In this document: one piece after another, positions 1 to 10,740 of the stretch
Numbering within the stretch: position 1 is the first letter of the stretch
Layout: each line of letters begins with the position of its first letter
Origin: Candidatus Omnitrophota bacterium
Lineage (GTDB): Bacteria; Ratteibacteria; UBA8468; B48-G9; DTJG01
Assembly: GCA_023484085.1 (NCBI GenBank)
Contig: JAMDAS010000017.1
Location: forward strand, 1,430-65,429
Direction: 5' to 3'
Length of the DNA: 64,000 bases
Position numbers and translations under genes: made by a program
Notes under the pieces: model-generated
What the model saw: the letters and a program-made list of their open reading frames with translations, nothing else
Told to the model about the DNA's origin: nothing
The model's database searches: none

Positions 1-1344
1 GGAGTCGGCAAGACCACCGTATCTACAGGTCTTATGCTTGCCCTGAAGGAAGCCGGGTTTATTGTCCAGGCTTTTAAAGCCGGTCCTGATTACATAGACC
101 CGGGTTATCATACGAAAATTACAGGGAGGCCATCTTCCAATCTTGATACTTATCTCCTTTCAAGGAAAGCGATTCTTGAGATATTCCATATGAGGGCAAA
201 GGATGCAGACATTTCCATCATTGAAGGTGTTATGGGCCTTTATGACGGATTAGGCAATACAGAAACAGGCTCTACTGCTGAGCTGGCAAAAATTCTAAAA
301 TGCCCGGTAATACTTGTCGTTGATGCAAAAGGATTTTCAAGAAGTGCAGGAGCAATAGTTCTTGGCTATAAGGAATTTGACAGAGACGTAAATATTGCAG
401 CCGTTATTCTTAACAACGCAGGAAGTCAGACTCATTATGAAAATTCAAAAAAATCAATTGAAGAAAAAACAGGTATTCCTGTTGTCGGTTTTTTATCAAA
501 AGAGCCATCCATTGGATTACAGGAAAGACATCTTGGCCTTATACCTGCGGAAGAAAAAAAATTATCCGTTCCGTTTAAGAAAAAACTTCTGAATCTTATG
601 AAAAACGTAAACCTTGAAAAAATTGTTGAGATAAGCAGGAAATCAGAGAAATTGGAAGACGTTCCATTATCTCTTTTCAATTCACAACGTCCTATTAGAG
701 TAAAAATAGCGATAGCAAAAGACAAAGCCTTTAATTTTTATTATCCTGAAAACATTGATATTTTAAAAAATTATGGAGCTGAAATATGTTATTTCAGTCC
801 ACTTAAATCCGTAAGACTTTCAGAATCCATTGATGGAATCTATTTTGGTGGAGGATTTCCTGAATTATTTGCTAAAGAGCTCTCAGTGAACAAAAAAATG
901 AAAGCTCTCCTATCCCAAAAAATAAAAAGAGGCATGCCGGTTTATGCCGAATGCGGCGGACTTATGTATCTTATGGAAAAATTAGTGGATTTTGAAAAAA
1001 GAAAATTCAAAATGCCTGGTGTTTTCAAAGGCAATGTTAAAATGTCAAATAAACTTAATACATTAGGTTATGTTGAAATTAAAACAATCAAGGATAATAT
1101 CCTGAGTAAAAAAGGGGATAAAAACAAGGGACATATCTTTCATTGGTCATATCTTGATAATATCCCTGAAAACACTATGTTTGCTTATAAAATTTCAAAG
1201 AGTAATGGTAAAACGTTTTTTGATGGATTGATTAAAAACAACGTTCTTGCATCATATACACATCTGCATTTTGCATCAAATCCCGAATTTGCAAAAAATT
1301 TTATAAAAAGCTGTGAAAACTATAAAAAAATTAAAAAGACGTAA
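1..1344 (+). CDS. cbiA: Cobyrinate a,c-diamide synthase (CbiA/CobB family), 5' end truncated by window edge
   Basis: Frame-1 ORF runs off the 5' edge. It opens with the P-loop GVGKTTVSTG and continues KAGPDYIDP. The C-terminal region is glutamine-amidotransferase-like (AECGGLMYL). Length ~436+ aa. Confidence 0.65.
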   Translation, partial: GVGKTTVSTGLMLALKEAGFIVQAFKAGPDYIDPGYHTKITGRPSSNLDTYLLSRKAILEIFHMRAKDADISIIEGVMGLYDGLGNTETGSTAELAKILKCPVILVVDAKGFSRSAGAIVLGYKEFDRDVNIAAVILNNAGSQTHYENSKKSIEEKTGIPVVGFLSKEPSIGLQERHLGLIPAEEKKLSVPFKKKLLNLMKNVNLEKIVEISRKSEKLEDVPLSLFNSQRPIRVKIAIAKDKAFNFYYPENIDILKNYGAEICYFSPLKSVRLSESIDGIYFGGGFPELFAKELSVNKKMKALLSQKIKRGMPVYAECGGLMYLMEKLVDFEKRKFKMPGVFKGNVKMSNKLNTLGYVEIKTIKDNILSKKGDKNKGHIFHWSYLDNIPENTMFAYKISKSNGKTFFDGLIKNNVLASYTHLHFASNPEFAKNFIKSCENYKKIKKT

Positions 1345-1412
1345 ATTCAACCAGTCTGTTATGTCAAAAAAAATCCCATCAAAATGAATTCATGATAAAA
1401 TAGATAGTAATC

Positions 1413-1485
1413 GGGCGGTTGGCTCAGCGGCAAGAGCGCTTCCCTCACACGGAAGAAGCCGCAGGTTCAAATCCTGCACCGCCCA
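1413..1485 (+). tRNA. tRNA-Val (anticodon CAC)
   Basis: Cloverleaf folded by hand. Acceptor GGGCGGT/ACCGCCC, D-stem GCTC/GAGC, anticodon stem CTTCC/GGAAG with loop CTCACAC, T-arm GCAGG-TTCAAAT-CCTGC, discriminator A. Confidence 0.85.
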
Positions 1486-1598
1486 GTATTTTACATCTTT
1501 GAAAAAGGATTTGAATAGAGCGAAGTAAGGGAATTGTGAGCGGGCGTAACAATTCCCAGCGAATGGCCGACCCCGAGTGTAGTGGGAGCGGTATATTA

Positions 1599-2771
1599 TT
1601 ACCGGTTAACTGAAGATAGAGAAATAGGATAAACACCAAATTTTTCCCTTGCCTGTTTCATTGCAATCAGATTTTCATGCCTGGTTCCTACAGCCAGGGA
1701 ATGTGTTGCCCCATAAATAAATCCTCCTCCCGGAGCACCCCATTTAATTGCATAATGAGCATCATTGATAACGTCTTCCGGCTTACCCCCGATTAAATTT
1801 TCATTTCTCACACCACCCCACAGGGTTAACCGGCTGCCAACTTTTTCTTTGAGAAGTTTCATGTCCATCCCTGCACTCGCCTGGATTCCTTCATAGGCAT
1901 CATACCCCTCTGTCACAAAATCCTCCACAAAATCCCATGTATATCCGCAGCAGTGTTTAATCATTATCAGTCCAAGACGGTGGGCTTCCTCCATATATTT
2001 TTTATGCCAGGGTAAAACGTATTTTTTGTAAATTTTGGGGTCAGCCAATGGTCCTGTACTTGAGCCTAAATCACCGGGGGTTATAACTGCATCTACACCT
2101 TGTTGTGCCGCATATTTTATTCCGGCAATGGCTCTTTTACCGTTGAGTTCCGCAATCGGTTCATACATTTCAGGATGAAGAATCAGATTGACATAAAAAT
2201 CCTCATCTGTCTGGCCAAAAGATGGCCAAAGAAAATCATCCCAGAAGGTCATAATAAAATGGGTTGATTTTTTTTCCCGGATAATATGTCTTGTAACCTC
2301 CCAGCATGATTCATCAGGTTCAGGAACGCCTTCCCTGTCAATTTTGTCAATTTCTTCTTTTACACTTTCAATAGTTGGCGCAATATAACTTTCCGGATTC
2401 ATTTTATAGGGCATCAGGTCATGTGTGACAGAAGAAATCCTGAAGACATTCCCCTTCTCGTCCTGATAGGTTTCTTCATCAATTTTTTTCATTGGCTTGA
2501 ATTTTTCTTTGATGGAAGGCATCATTGGTGCAACTATCATATCCATGCCAAGTGCATCCACCAGGTCAATTACGTCTTTTTTATAGGAATCTATGATTTC
2601 CTGGCGGCGGCCTTCCCATAATGCTTTTGTAAGTCTGAATTTTCCCTGGACAAAAGTTTTTCTTCCCAAAATATCTTCATAGACATTATAGTCAATGGAA
2701 TGCTCCCCCCATGGTATTATATCAGGTTCCTGATGTTTTAAGGTTTTAAATACTCTTTCTCTTGGTAACAT
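1599..2771 (-). CDS. Uroporphyrinogen decarboxylase (URO-D)-like family protein (MtaA/CmuA-like fold)
   Basis: 390-aa ORF. Overall similarity pattern to the URO-D/methyltransferase family (IIPWGEHSIDY..., GDLGSSTGPL). Family call is from memory and not motif-certain. Confidence 0.5.
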   Translation of the reverse strand: MLPRERVFKTLKHQEPDIIPWGEHSIDYNVYEDILGRKTFVQGKFRLTKALWEGRRQEIIDSYKKDVIDLVDALGMDMIVAPMMPSIKEKFKPMKKIDEETYQDEKGNVFRISSVTHDLMPYKMNPESYIAPTIESVKEEIDKIDREGVPEPDESCWEVTRHIIREKKSTHFIMTFWDDFLWPSFGQTDEDFYVNLILHPEMYEPIAELNGKRAIAGIKYAAQQGVDAVITPGDLGSSTGPLADPKIYKKYVLPWHKKYMEEAHRLGLIMIKHCCGYTWDFVEDFVTEGYDAYEGIQASAGMDMKLLKEKVGSRLTLWGGVRNENLIGGKPEDVINDAHYAIKWGAPGGGFIYGATHSLAVGTRHENLIAMKQAREKFGVYPISLSSVNR

Positions 2772-2793
2772 ATTATTCTCCCATTATACAGCA

Positions 2794-5676
2794 TTAGTGA
2801 ACTGAAACTATAATTGTTTTTATACTATATCCATCAATTTTTAAGCTCATTGTGTTATCTTTTACATTGAGATGTTTAATTCTTCTTTCAAGAATGTCCA
2901 CCTCTGAGGCATCTTTTATTTTTAAAGCATTATTTAGAGTAATAGAAAACTCTGTGTCTTTACCTTCTGTTTCATAAAAACGCAAAACCAGCCCATCCTC
3001 TTTTTCTGCTTTTTTAAAACAGGAAAGTCCAATGTTATCCGCACCTATTTTAAAAAATGAGTATGAGTCAGGTAAATCCCCTTTATGAACCGTTGTCCCG
3101 ATTACCCTGAGCTGATGATTTAGTTCCAATCCCTTTCTTATTGCCTCAAAATTTTTAATCTTCCCTGTAAAGGGGGTAAATGCAATCTTCATTTTATGCT
3201 GCCCTATTTCAGGCAGGATATCAGGGTCATAACTGCTTCTTATAAGGGTAAGAGAAAGTGTGCTATCTTTAAGTGAATACCCATACTTGCAGTCATTTGA
3301 TAGTATAAAACCTGATTCCTGAGCCCCAATATTTCCTGAAACAAAAGCCCAGTTCAGTGCAGGAACCTCCTGTCCCTTGTTTAAATCTCTTTCTATGGAC
3401 CCAAACGGAATTTCATATTTTGCTTTGATATTTTTCAATAAAGATGGAAATGAAATACGAAGAACAGGAACTCCTTTTTGCTCTGTCCCCCTTTCAACCC
3501 ATATTCCTTCTATATCCATATAAAGTGTCGGGTCATCTTTTTTAAGCTGATAGATTACAGTAAAAGTGGATTCATTGTATTTTAGTTTAACTTCAATAGA
3601 TGCAATATAAGGTCCATTGTGTTTTTTATCTATTGATATAACCTGCAGTCTTTCTTTTTTTTCTATGTCGGCTAACGTCCATGCTGTCATACTGTGAGGT
3701 CTTTCAATTTCATAATTAAGAACACCGGAAGGACTATCTTCATCAATCAGGTTGAGCCTGTTCTTTTTATCAAAAACTTTTTTTAATCCGCCTGTCTGGA
3801 TGTCTATTTCCACTGAAATCAAATCATTTTCAAGTCCGGCTTCAAGTCTTTCTATAGGAATATAAGGGCAGATTTTTTCTGTTCCTGTCAGCCATACTCC
3901 TTTTTTATCTTCCAGGGTTTCCTCTTCTACAACAGCATAGGTATTATAACCAAGAGATGGGATTTCAACAGGAAATGCCACTTTTGCGTATAAATGACCC
4001 CAATATCCTCCTGCATCAATCAGCTGGCCGGAAAGTTTTTTCTTGTTTCCATTTATAATACTGAATTTTGTCTCTTTTAATTTGTTTATATCCAATACTT
4101 TTTGAGGGTCATTATCCCAGATTGTTGTGATAACCACATCTTTTCTCTGCCATGGATTTGGATTAAATATAATAAATGGTCTTAATCCTTTACCAATACT
4201 TTGCTCAGCAGATGAAGGAAAACCTTCGCCGGTTCCAAAACCAACCCCTGCTCCAAAAGAGTTTCTTAAAAAAGAAACGGGCTCTTCTATATTCAGATTT
4301 TGGATTTGGATATCTGTATTTATTTTCCCGGCAAGAAATCTCAACGCATTTGTCTCTGCCATTTCTGTAGCCGCAACTGTATCCTGGAACTTTCCATGAC
4401 AATACGTTCTTGTATCATGAACACCGGAACCGGGAAGTATATCATGAAATTGGGAAAAAAGTGTGTCAATCCACCCCTGATAAATATTTTCTCCCGGATA
4501 TTCTTTTTTAGACATTGCCCATACAACTGAAACTGCCACTTCTGCATCATATAGCTGGTTCTCAGCAAAACGATTTGCTCTTTTTATTAATGATTGTGAC
4601 GTATAACAGCCTGTGTTCTCAAAGTTTAATTCACACTCAAGGACAGGCAGGAATTTTTTATTTTCCTCTAAATATTGATAAAAAATCCTTGTTGTAGAAA
4701 ACTTTACATTGGGGAATATCGGCCATTTATCCATCTGATAAGCGCGCAGGATATCCCTTTTTGTCGGACCACCTCCATGGTCACCAACCCCATAGACATA
4801 CATCATCTGTTTCAGGCCGGTCTCTTTTGTAAATAACATAAGTTTTTTACCAATATTTTCGTCTATGACGCCATTATACCCATTAAGTTTGTCATTTCTT
4901 ACTATAATACTTGAGCCATCAGGTCCTTTCCATAAAAAAACCTGTGGTCCTGCTTCTGCCATTCCGTATCTATGTCCGTAATAATACTTAATACCAGCTT
5001 TAGAGATAATTGTGGGGATTGTAAGGGCATGTCCGAAAGTATCAGGAGACCAGTCCACCGAAACATCTTCCGGCTCTAAATCAAAGATTTTTTTAAAGTA
5101 ATTCCTTGTATATAATAAGTGTCTGCAGAGTGCTTCTCCACCGGATAAATTTTTATCACATTCAACCCAGAAACCTGCTGTTACCTCCCATCTGCCTTCT
5201 TTTACCCTTTTTTGTATTTGTTTTAACATATCAGGATTATATTTTTCCACAATTTTATATACGCTTGCCTGACTCTGGGAAAAACAAAAATCAGGAAATT
5301 CCTCCATAAGTTTCAGTACTGTTGTAAAAGTGTCATTTACAACAGCACAGGTTTCCGGATATGACCACATCCAGTTCATATCAATATGCGCATGACCTAC
5401 ACATAATATTGTATGTTCTTTTGCCACTTTTCCAATTGGTTTAAGTATACTTTCCACTTCAGTAATTAAATCATCGGTATGTTTTTTGGAGAGCCCTTTT
5501 TCAACAGATAGTAATGCGGTTTCAATAAGATTATTCCATTCTTTGTTTTTATAAATATCTGCCAATTTTTTTGCAAAATCCATTTCTGCAAACAATCCAA
5601 GCATTTTATCCTGAATTCCAAAAGAAATATTTGAACCTGTTTTTTCTAATTCCTTTATTCTATTTTCCACTGACAT
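2794..5676 (-). CDS. Glycoside hydrolase family 38 (alpha-mannosidase-like)
   Basis: 960-aa ORF. N-terminal VGHAHIDMNWMW is typical of the GH38 catalytic domain start. The size fits bacterial GH38. Confidence 0.6.
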   Translation of the reverse strand: MSVENRIKELEKTGSNISFGIQDKMLGLFAEMDFAKKLADIYKNKEWNNLIETALLSVEKGLSKKHTDDLITEVESILKPIGKVAKEHTILCVGHAHIDMNWMWSYPETCAVVNDTFTTVLKLMEEFPDFCFSQSQASVYKIVEKYNPDMLKQIQKRVKEGRWEVTAGFWVECDKNLSGGEALCRHLLYTRNYFKKIFDLEPEDVSVDWSPDTFGHALTIPTIISKAGIKYYYGHRYGMAEAGPQVFLWKGPDGSSIIVRNDKLNGYNGVIDENIGKKLMLFTKETGLKQMMYVYGVGDHGGGPTKRDILRAYQMDKWPIFPNVKFSTTRIFYQYLEENKKFLPVLECELNFENTGCYTSQSLIKRANRFAENQLYDAEVAVSVVWAMSKKEYPGENIYQGWIDTLFSQFHDILPGSGVHDTRTYCHGKFQDTVAATEMAETNALRFLAGKINTDIQIQNLNIEEPVSFLRNSFGAGVGFGTGEGFPSSAEQSIGKGLRPFIIFNPNPWQRKDVVITTIWDNDPQKVLDINKLKETKFSIINGNKKKLSGQLIDAGGYWGHLYAKVAFPVEIPSLGYNTYAVVEEETLEDKKGVWLTGTEKICPYIPIERLEAGLENDLISVEIDIQTGGLKKVFDKKNRLNLIDEDSPSGVLNYEIERPHSMTAWTLADIEKKERLQVISIDKKHNGPYIASIEVKLKYNESTFTVIYQLKKDDPTLYMDIEGIWVERGTEQKGVPVLRISFPSLLKNIKAKYEIPFGSIERDLNKGQEVPALNWAFVSGNIGAQESGFILSNDCKYGYSLKDSTLSLTLIRSSYDPDILPEIGQHKMKIAFTPFTGKIKNFEAIRKGLELNHQLRVIGTTVHKGDLPDSYSFFKIGADNIGLSCFKKAEKEDGLVLRFYETEGKDTEFSITLNNALKIKDASEVDILERRIKHLNVKDNTMSLKIDGYSIKTIIVSVH

Positions 5677-5828
5677 TTTTCTCTCCTGTTTTTAAATTAA
5701 TCCGTAGTGTTAATTATTGGTGAAAATGAATTTTTATATTTTTATTTTCTGAATTATTATAATATTTTTATTGGGGAATATCAAAAATAAAATTGACAAA
5801 AAATTTTTTCGTGTTTAAATTTAAAAAA

Positions 5829-6377
5829 ATGGAAATGGTTCCTAAAAAAGTTTTTCTTACGAAAGGCGTTGGAAAAGACAGGGAAAAATTGACAAGTTTT
5901 GAAAGGTCATTAAGAAATGCCGGTATTGCCCAATTTAATCTTGTGTCAATATCTTCTATTTTCCCACCTGATTGCAAGCTTATTTCAAAAACAGAAGGCC
6001 TTTCTCTTTTAAAACCAGGTCAGATTCTGTACGTAGTAATGAGCAGAAATTCAACAAATGAACCCCACAGGCTTATTACCTCTTCGGTGGGATTAGCAAT
6101 CCCCAAAAACCCCAACCAGTATGGGTACCTCTCAGAACATGAAAGTTTTGGAGAAACAGAAGAAAAAGCAGGTGATTACGCAGAAGACTTAGCTGCTACA
6201 ATGTTAGCAACAATCCTTGGCGTTGAGTTTGACCCGAATTTATCATATGATGAAAAAAAACAAATCTGGAGAATGTCTTCTGAAATAGTCAAAACAACAA
6301 ATATTACACAGTCCGCCATTGGTGATAAAAATGGATTGTGGACAACCGTCATTTCCTCTGCCGTCTTTATCCTTTAA
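5829..6377 (+). CDS. pdaD: Pyruvoyl-dependent arginine decarboxylase PdaD
   Basis: [15 protein letters not shown]... with the self-cleavage Ser-Ser site (NLVSISSIF). The ORF-track TTG at 5793 is actually a TTGACA -35-like hexamer; ATG 5829 is the likely start. Confidence 0.75.
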   Translation: MEMVPKKVFLTKGVGKDREKLTSFERSLRNAGIAQFNLVSISSIFPPDCKLISKTEGLSLLKPGQILYVVMSRNSTNEPHRLITSSVGLAIPKNPNQYGYLSEHESFGETEEKAGDYAEDLAATMLATILGVEFDPNLSYDEKKQIWRMSSEIVKTTNITQSAIGDKNGLWTTVISSAVFIL

Positions 6378-6381
6378 TAAA

Positions 6382-7248
6382 ATGAACAAGAGTGCCTCAT
6401 ATAATTTTTTGGGGATACAAAATCCTTCTTATGAAAAAACAAAATTTGTCATTCTACCCATACCTTATGAAGCAACTGTTTCATTTGGCAGGGGAACAAG
6501 ATTTGGGCCTGAAGGAATAATCCTTTCTTCAAGATATGTTGAACTTTTTGATGAAGAGACTAAAACTGAACCTTATAGAAAAGGTATATTTACACTCCCG
6601 GAAATACCCATTGAAAGCAATTCTGTACCTGAGATGTTTAAACAAATAGAAAGAACAATACAAAAACATCTCAAAAAGAAAAAATTTATCATAAGTCTTG
6701 GCGGGGAACACTCATTAAGTATTCCAGTAATCCAGTCGCACAGAATATTTTACCCTGACCTCAAGGTTATCCACTTTGACGCCCATGCTGACATGAGAAA
6801 CGTTTATGAAGGAAGCAGGTTTAATCATGCATGTGTTATAAGAAGAGTTACAGAAGCCGGATGCGAAGTATTCAGTTTTGGTATAAGAAGCTTATCAGGA
6901 GAGGAATTTGAATATATTTCATCAAGTAAAATGAATCATGTTTTTTATGATATAGATACTTATGACAAACCTCTTGAAAATTTTATTGATAATATCCCTG
7001 ATGGAAACTATTATTTAACAATTGACCTTGACGTTTTTGACCCATCTGTTGTTCCTGAAGTGGGAACACCTGAGCCGGGGGGATTAAGGTGGTACTCATC
7101 ACTGAAGTTTATCAGAAAGATTATTATGTCAAAAAATATTGTCGGAGTGGATATTGTTGAACTTGCTCCAAAACATCCCTATAGCCCTTCTTGTTTCTTT
7201 TCTGCAAAATTTATATACAAAATAATATCTTATCTTTCTCAGAATTAA
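6382..7248 (+). CDS. speB: Agmatinase (arginase family)
   Basis: Arginase-family Mn-binding motifs (SLGGEHSLS, HFDAHADMR, DLDVFDPS). Lies directly downstream of pdaD, giving an arginine->agmatine->putrescine pair. Confidence 0.8.
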   Translation: MNKSASYNFLGIQNPSYEKTKFVILPIPYEATVSFGRGTRFGPEGIILSSRYVELFDEETKTEPYRKGIFTLPEIPIESNSVPEMFKQIERTIQKHLKKKKFIISLGGEHSLSIPVIQSHRIFYPDLKVIHFDAHADMRNVYEGSRFNHACVIRRVTEAGCEVFSFGIRSLSGEEFEYISSSKMNHVFYDIDTYDKPLENFIDNIPDGNYYLTIDLDVFDPSVVPEVGTPEPGGLRWYSSLKFIRKIIMSKNIVGVDIVELAPKHPYSPSCFFSAKFIYKIISYLSQN

Positions 7249-7916
7249 GGGGTAGCCCATCCACGGGTTTTAAGGTCATAAATCATTCTTTTAGCAACCC
7301 CCTTAAAATCTGTTTTGAGAAGTTTTTGCCATTCTTCCATAGCTTTGTTTATTTCTCCATTTTTTTCATATGCATGGGCAAGAACGTCTCTTACATAACT
7401 GGGACAGGGATACATAACCGCCTGTTTAAGAAACCGGACGGAATTTGAATAGTCCAATCCCTTATTGTAGTATGTCCAGCCTAATTCAAAATACAGGTCA
7501 TATTTATTCGGATTATATGAAACCCCCCTTTTTAAATATTGGACACCCTGCTGATACCAGTAATATTTTCCCTGAACCGTTTTAACGTCAGCAGCAACAT
7601 TATAAGCCATATGCCAGCCTCCAAGTGACCACGCCAGAATCCAATGAGGTTGAAGATATGTAACCATATTAAATAAAGGAATCATTTTAAAATGCTGCCC
7701 TGTATGCCAGTAATTTTCCACGTTAATCCATAAAAGGTCAGCAGCAATTCCCTTGAAACCGGCTAAAACCATATCCCCGGCTTCTCCGGGCATAAGAAGA
7801 AGATTTGTCTGAAGGTCATAAGCAATTGTTTCATAGTTAATCTGATTTTGTATAAAACCCAATGGTATAAATAAAAGAAGAGCGAGCAATAAAATCGGCC
7901 AGATTTTTTGTTTCAT
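7245..7916 (-). CDS. Secreted hypothetical protein (signal peptide, Trp/Tyr-rich)
   Basis: Start chosen at MKQKIWPILLLALLLF (signal-peptide-like). The 4-bp overlap with the upstream permease gene suggests the last gene of an ABC operon. Confidence 0.4.
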   Translation of the reverse strand: MKQKIWPILLLALLLFIPLGFIQNQINYETIAYDLQTNLLLMPGEAGDMVLAGFKGIAADLLWINVENYWHTGQHFKMIPLFNMVTYLQPHWILAWSLGGWHMAYNVAADVKTVQGKYYWYQQGVQYLKRGVSYNPNKYDLYFELGWTYYNKGLDYSNSVRFLKQAVMYPCPSYVRDVLAHAYEKNGEINKAMEEWQKLLKTDFKGVAKRMIYDLKTRGWATP

Positions 7917-8677
7917 ATTTCTCTTGTCCTGAAAAAGTATATCCCTATCAAAAGGGCAATAACTATATACATAATTCCATATCCGGTAACAATTATCACA
8001 TACTGCCATGGTATAGGTATGCCAACCACAACCTTATCTCTTATTGTGAAATTTTGATAATTAGGCAGTATTGTGTACATCATATCTGCAAGCCCTTTTA
8101 CAGCTATATTTTTTGTCATACCTATTATTTGTCTTCCATAGCCTGTAAGATGTCCTATGATATAAATAAAACTTGAAGCTATAATGTTAAATGCATCAGA
8201 AGTGAACGTTGCAAGGGATAAACTAATGGAAGCAATAACAAGAATCTCAACAAATATAAGAAAAAGAGCCTTGAACGTCCCGGAGTCCATTGGAATTTTC
8301 TTGAAATGAAGAAGTCCCACAAAAAAAACTGCCATTATACTAAAATTTATAAGCAGGATAAAAAACATCCCGAGGTATTTCCCCAATACAAAATTTGTCC
8401 TTGTTATAGGTTTTGTAAGAAGAGTATAGATAGTCCTTTTTTCAATTTCAGAGCTCACTGCTGAAATACTTCCAAACATAGCTAATAAAAAACCAAAAAA
8501 TTCTATTACTGCAAAGCTTGTATCAGTTATCATTTTATATTGTTCCGTAGAACTGAGAAATGCAAAAAATTCTGATGAAGCAATCATAATCAAAGCAAAA
8601 AGAACAATAATATAGGTTGTTTTTTTTCTAAAAGATTCCTTTACCGTATTGCATGCCAAAATCCAGATTTTTTTCAT
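7913..8677 (-). CDS. ABC-2 type transporter permease
   Basis: 254-aa polytopic membrane ORF. Translationally coupled to the ABC ATPase gene upstream. Confidence 0.6.
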   Translation of the reverse strand: MKKIWILACNTVKESFRKKTTYIIVLFALIMIASSEFFAFLSSTEQYKMITDTSFAVIEFFGFLLAMFGSISAVSSEIEKRTIYTLLTKPITRTNFVLGKYLGMFFILLINFSIMAVFFVGLLHFKKIPMDSGTFKALFLIFVEILVIASISLSLATFTSDAFNIIASSFIYIIGHLTGYGRQIIGMTKNIAVKGLADMMYTILPNYQNFTIRDKVVVGIPIPWQYVIIVTGYGIMYIVIALLIGIYFFRTREI

Positions 8678-9441
8678 TGAGCAACTCCTTGTGATTTTAT
8701 TTTTTCATCATATTCATTAATTGTTTTGACGAATAAATCCTCAAGATTGGATGATTTGTATTTACTCATCAGCTCATCAAGCCTCCCCAAAGCAAGAAGA
8801 AGACCTCTATGTAAAATGGCTATTCTTGAGCATACCCTTTCAACCTCGGAAAGAAAATGGCTGGAAAGAAGTATTGTTTTACCCATTTCTTTCAATTGAA
8901 TAAGAAGATTTCTTGTATCCCGGCACCCTATAGGGTCCAGGCCGGTGGTAGGTTCATCAAGGATTAAAATTTTAGGGTCATTGATTAAACTTGCAGCAAG
9001 TCCGATTCTTTCAAGCATTCCCTTTGAATAATGTCTCAAACTAAGTTTTTGGGTATTGTGCAGACCAACAAGATTAAGAAGCTCTTCAATCTTTTCATTA
9101 AGGGCGTCTTTATCCATGTCAAAAAGTTTTCCATAAAATATAAGTAATTCTCTACCTGTAAGATATTCGTAATAATAAGGATTTTCAGGAAGGAAACCCA
9201 CTTCTTTTTTCATTGACACGTCATAAGGCGTTTTTCCCATAATATATGCCTCACCTGATGTGGGAAAAAGAGTTCCAAGGAGAAGCTTCAGACAGGTGGT
9301 TTTTCCGGAACCATTTGGGCCCAAAATTCCAAACAATTCCCCTTCTTCTATCTCTAAAGTAAGATGGTCAAGACCGACTACTGTTCTTTTTCTTCCAATC
9401 GTATAAATTTTTGTAAGGTCTTTTGTCTCAATAATTGCCAT
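8674..9441 (-). CDS. ABC transporter ATP-binding protein
   Basis: Walker A GPNGSGKTT, Walker B ILILDEPTTGLD, ABC signature-like YSKGMLERI. Confidence 0.8.
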   Translation of the reverse strand: MAIIETKDLTKIYTIGRKRTVVGLDHLTLEIEEGELFGILGPNGSGKTTCLKLLLGTLFPTSGEAYIMGKTPYDVSMKKEVGFLPENPYYYEYLTGRELLIFYGKLFDMDKDALNEKIEELLNLVGLHNTQKLSLRHYSKGMLERIGLAASLINDPKILILDEPTTGLDPIGCRDTRNLLIQLKEMGKTILLSSHFLSEVERVCSRIAILHRGLLLALGRLDELMSKYKSSNLEDLFVKTINEYDEKIKSQGVAQ

Positions 9442-9647
9442 AATACCCCCTTTTATTATATATAAGTTTATATCACATAATTTAAAAAATGTAAATATTC
9501 CAGGTATAATTTACTTACCTGAAGTAGGAAATAAGTTCCGGATTGCTCTTCTCATCTTTGTAAAAACTTTCTTTCAAACAAAGTCTCAAAGACAATCCAA
9601 ACTTATTTCAAACTCCGTTCACTAAGTATTTACAAAAAATCAAAATT

Positions 9648-10739
9648 TCAATGAATATAAATCTTTTTCAGTCTTTCTTTTCCAAGATTACATAATATCT
9701 CATGGGGAACAGTTTTGCAAATCTCTGCCATGTTTTCTATATTCAGTTCATCATCAAGAAATATACATTCATCACCCTGTTTAACATCTAAATCCTGTGG
9801 AATTTCAACAACTATCTGGTCCATGGAGATGTTACCCCTTGCAGACAGAATCCTGTCTTTTATTTTTACAAAAATCCTGTTTGAAAGACTTTTATTCAAT
9901 CCATCCCCGTAACCAATACCCACCAAAACAATTCTTGTATTTTTTTTACATGTATAAGTCCTTCCATATCCAATTGAGGCCCCAGCCGGAAGATTTTTTA
10001 TAAGAAGTACTTTTGCTTTTCCTGTAAGTGCAGATTTAATAAACGGCTTTCTTTTAAAGGTTCTTAAAAAAAGACCGGGATATACACCATAAAGAAGCAA
10101 CCCGGAACGGACCATAGAAAAATCCTTATAACTTTCCGGTAGATTTATTATTGCCCCGGAATTAGCAATGTGTGTAACGTATTTATTAGGGTGGAATTTT
10201 TTTAAAATATTTTTAAAAACATTGAGCTGCTCCATGGCAAAATTTTTATCAGGGTCTTCAGAGGTGGCAAGATGAGAAAAAACACCTTCTACGTTTATGT
10301 TTTTTGATGAATGGATAATATTTAACACCTCTTCTGCGGACTGAGGCATTATTCCGAGTCTGCCCATACCCGTATCAAATTTTATATGAGCGGAAATCCT
10401 GGTTTTTATACTTCCGGATACGTATTTAAAAAATTCAAGAGAGCCTATGGTAACAATAAGATTATATTTACTGATATATTCAACATCATCCTGTAATATC
10501 TGCCCAAGAATAAGAACAGGTTTTTTGATTTTTCCTTTTCTTAATTGAATGGCTTCCTCTATAGTTTCCACTCCAAAATAATCCACATCCTCCTCTATGA
10601 ACCTGCTTAAATAAGGAGCACCCATTCCGTATGCATTACATTTAACAACCGCAAGAAATAATTTTTTCGTAAATTTTTTTATACCTGCAATATTACTTTT
10701 TATATTGCTGATATTGATTTCAATAATTCTGTCATCCAT
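9648..10739 (-). CDS. alr: Alanine racemase
   Basis: PLP-lysine motif AVVKCNAYGMG. Length 363 aa. Confidence 0.8.
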   Translation of the reverse strand: MDDRIIEINISNIKSNIAGIKKFTKKLFLAVVKCNAYGMGAPYLSRFIEEDVDYFGVETIEEAIQLRKGKIKKPVLILGQILQDDVEYISKYNLIVTIGSLEFFKYVSGSIKTRISAHIKFDTGMGRLGIMPQSAEEVLNIIHSSKNINVEGVFSHLATSEDPDKNFAMEQLNVFKNILKKFHPNKYVTHIANSGAIINLPESYKDFSMVRSGLLLYGVYPGLFLRTFKRKPFIKSALTGKAKVLLIKNLPAGASIGYGRTYTCKKNTRIVLVGIGYGDGLNKSLSNRIFVKIKDRILSARGNISMDQIVVEIPQDLDVKQGDECIFLDDELNIENMAEICKTVPHEILCNLGKERLKKIYIH

Positions 10740-10740
10740 A

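Noticed and set aside
395-725. Small ORFs on both strands nested inside cbiA (65 aa and 96 aa), and the many similar 60-100-aa ORFs nested antisense or out of frame inside large genes throughout the window
   Set aside because: They are fully contained in well-supported longer genes. Their composition is low-complexity and AT-biased, and they have no RBS or conserved motifs. These are typical spurious ORFs of AT-rich DNA.
1529-1557. Palindrome GGGAATTGTGAGCGGGCGTAACAATTCCC downstream of tRNA-Val that resembles the E. coli lac operator (AATTGTGAGCGGATAACAATT)
   Set aside because: Probably a coincidental 9-bp inverted repeat (GGGAATTGT/ACAATTCCC) acting as a stem-loop between convergent genes. 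There is no lacI-like gene and no vector sequence around it. The operator-like spacing is broken by extra bases.
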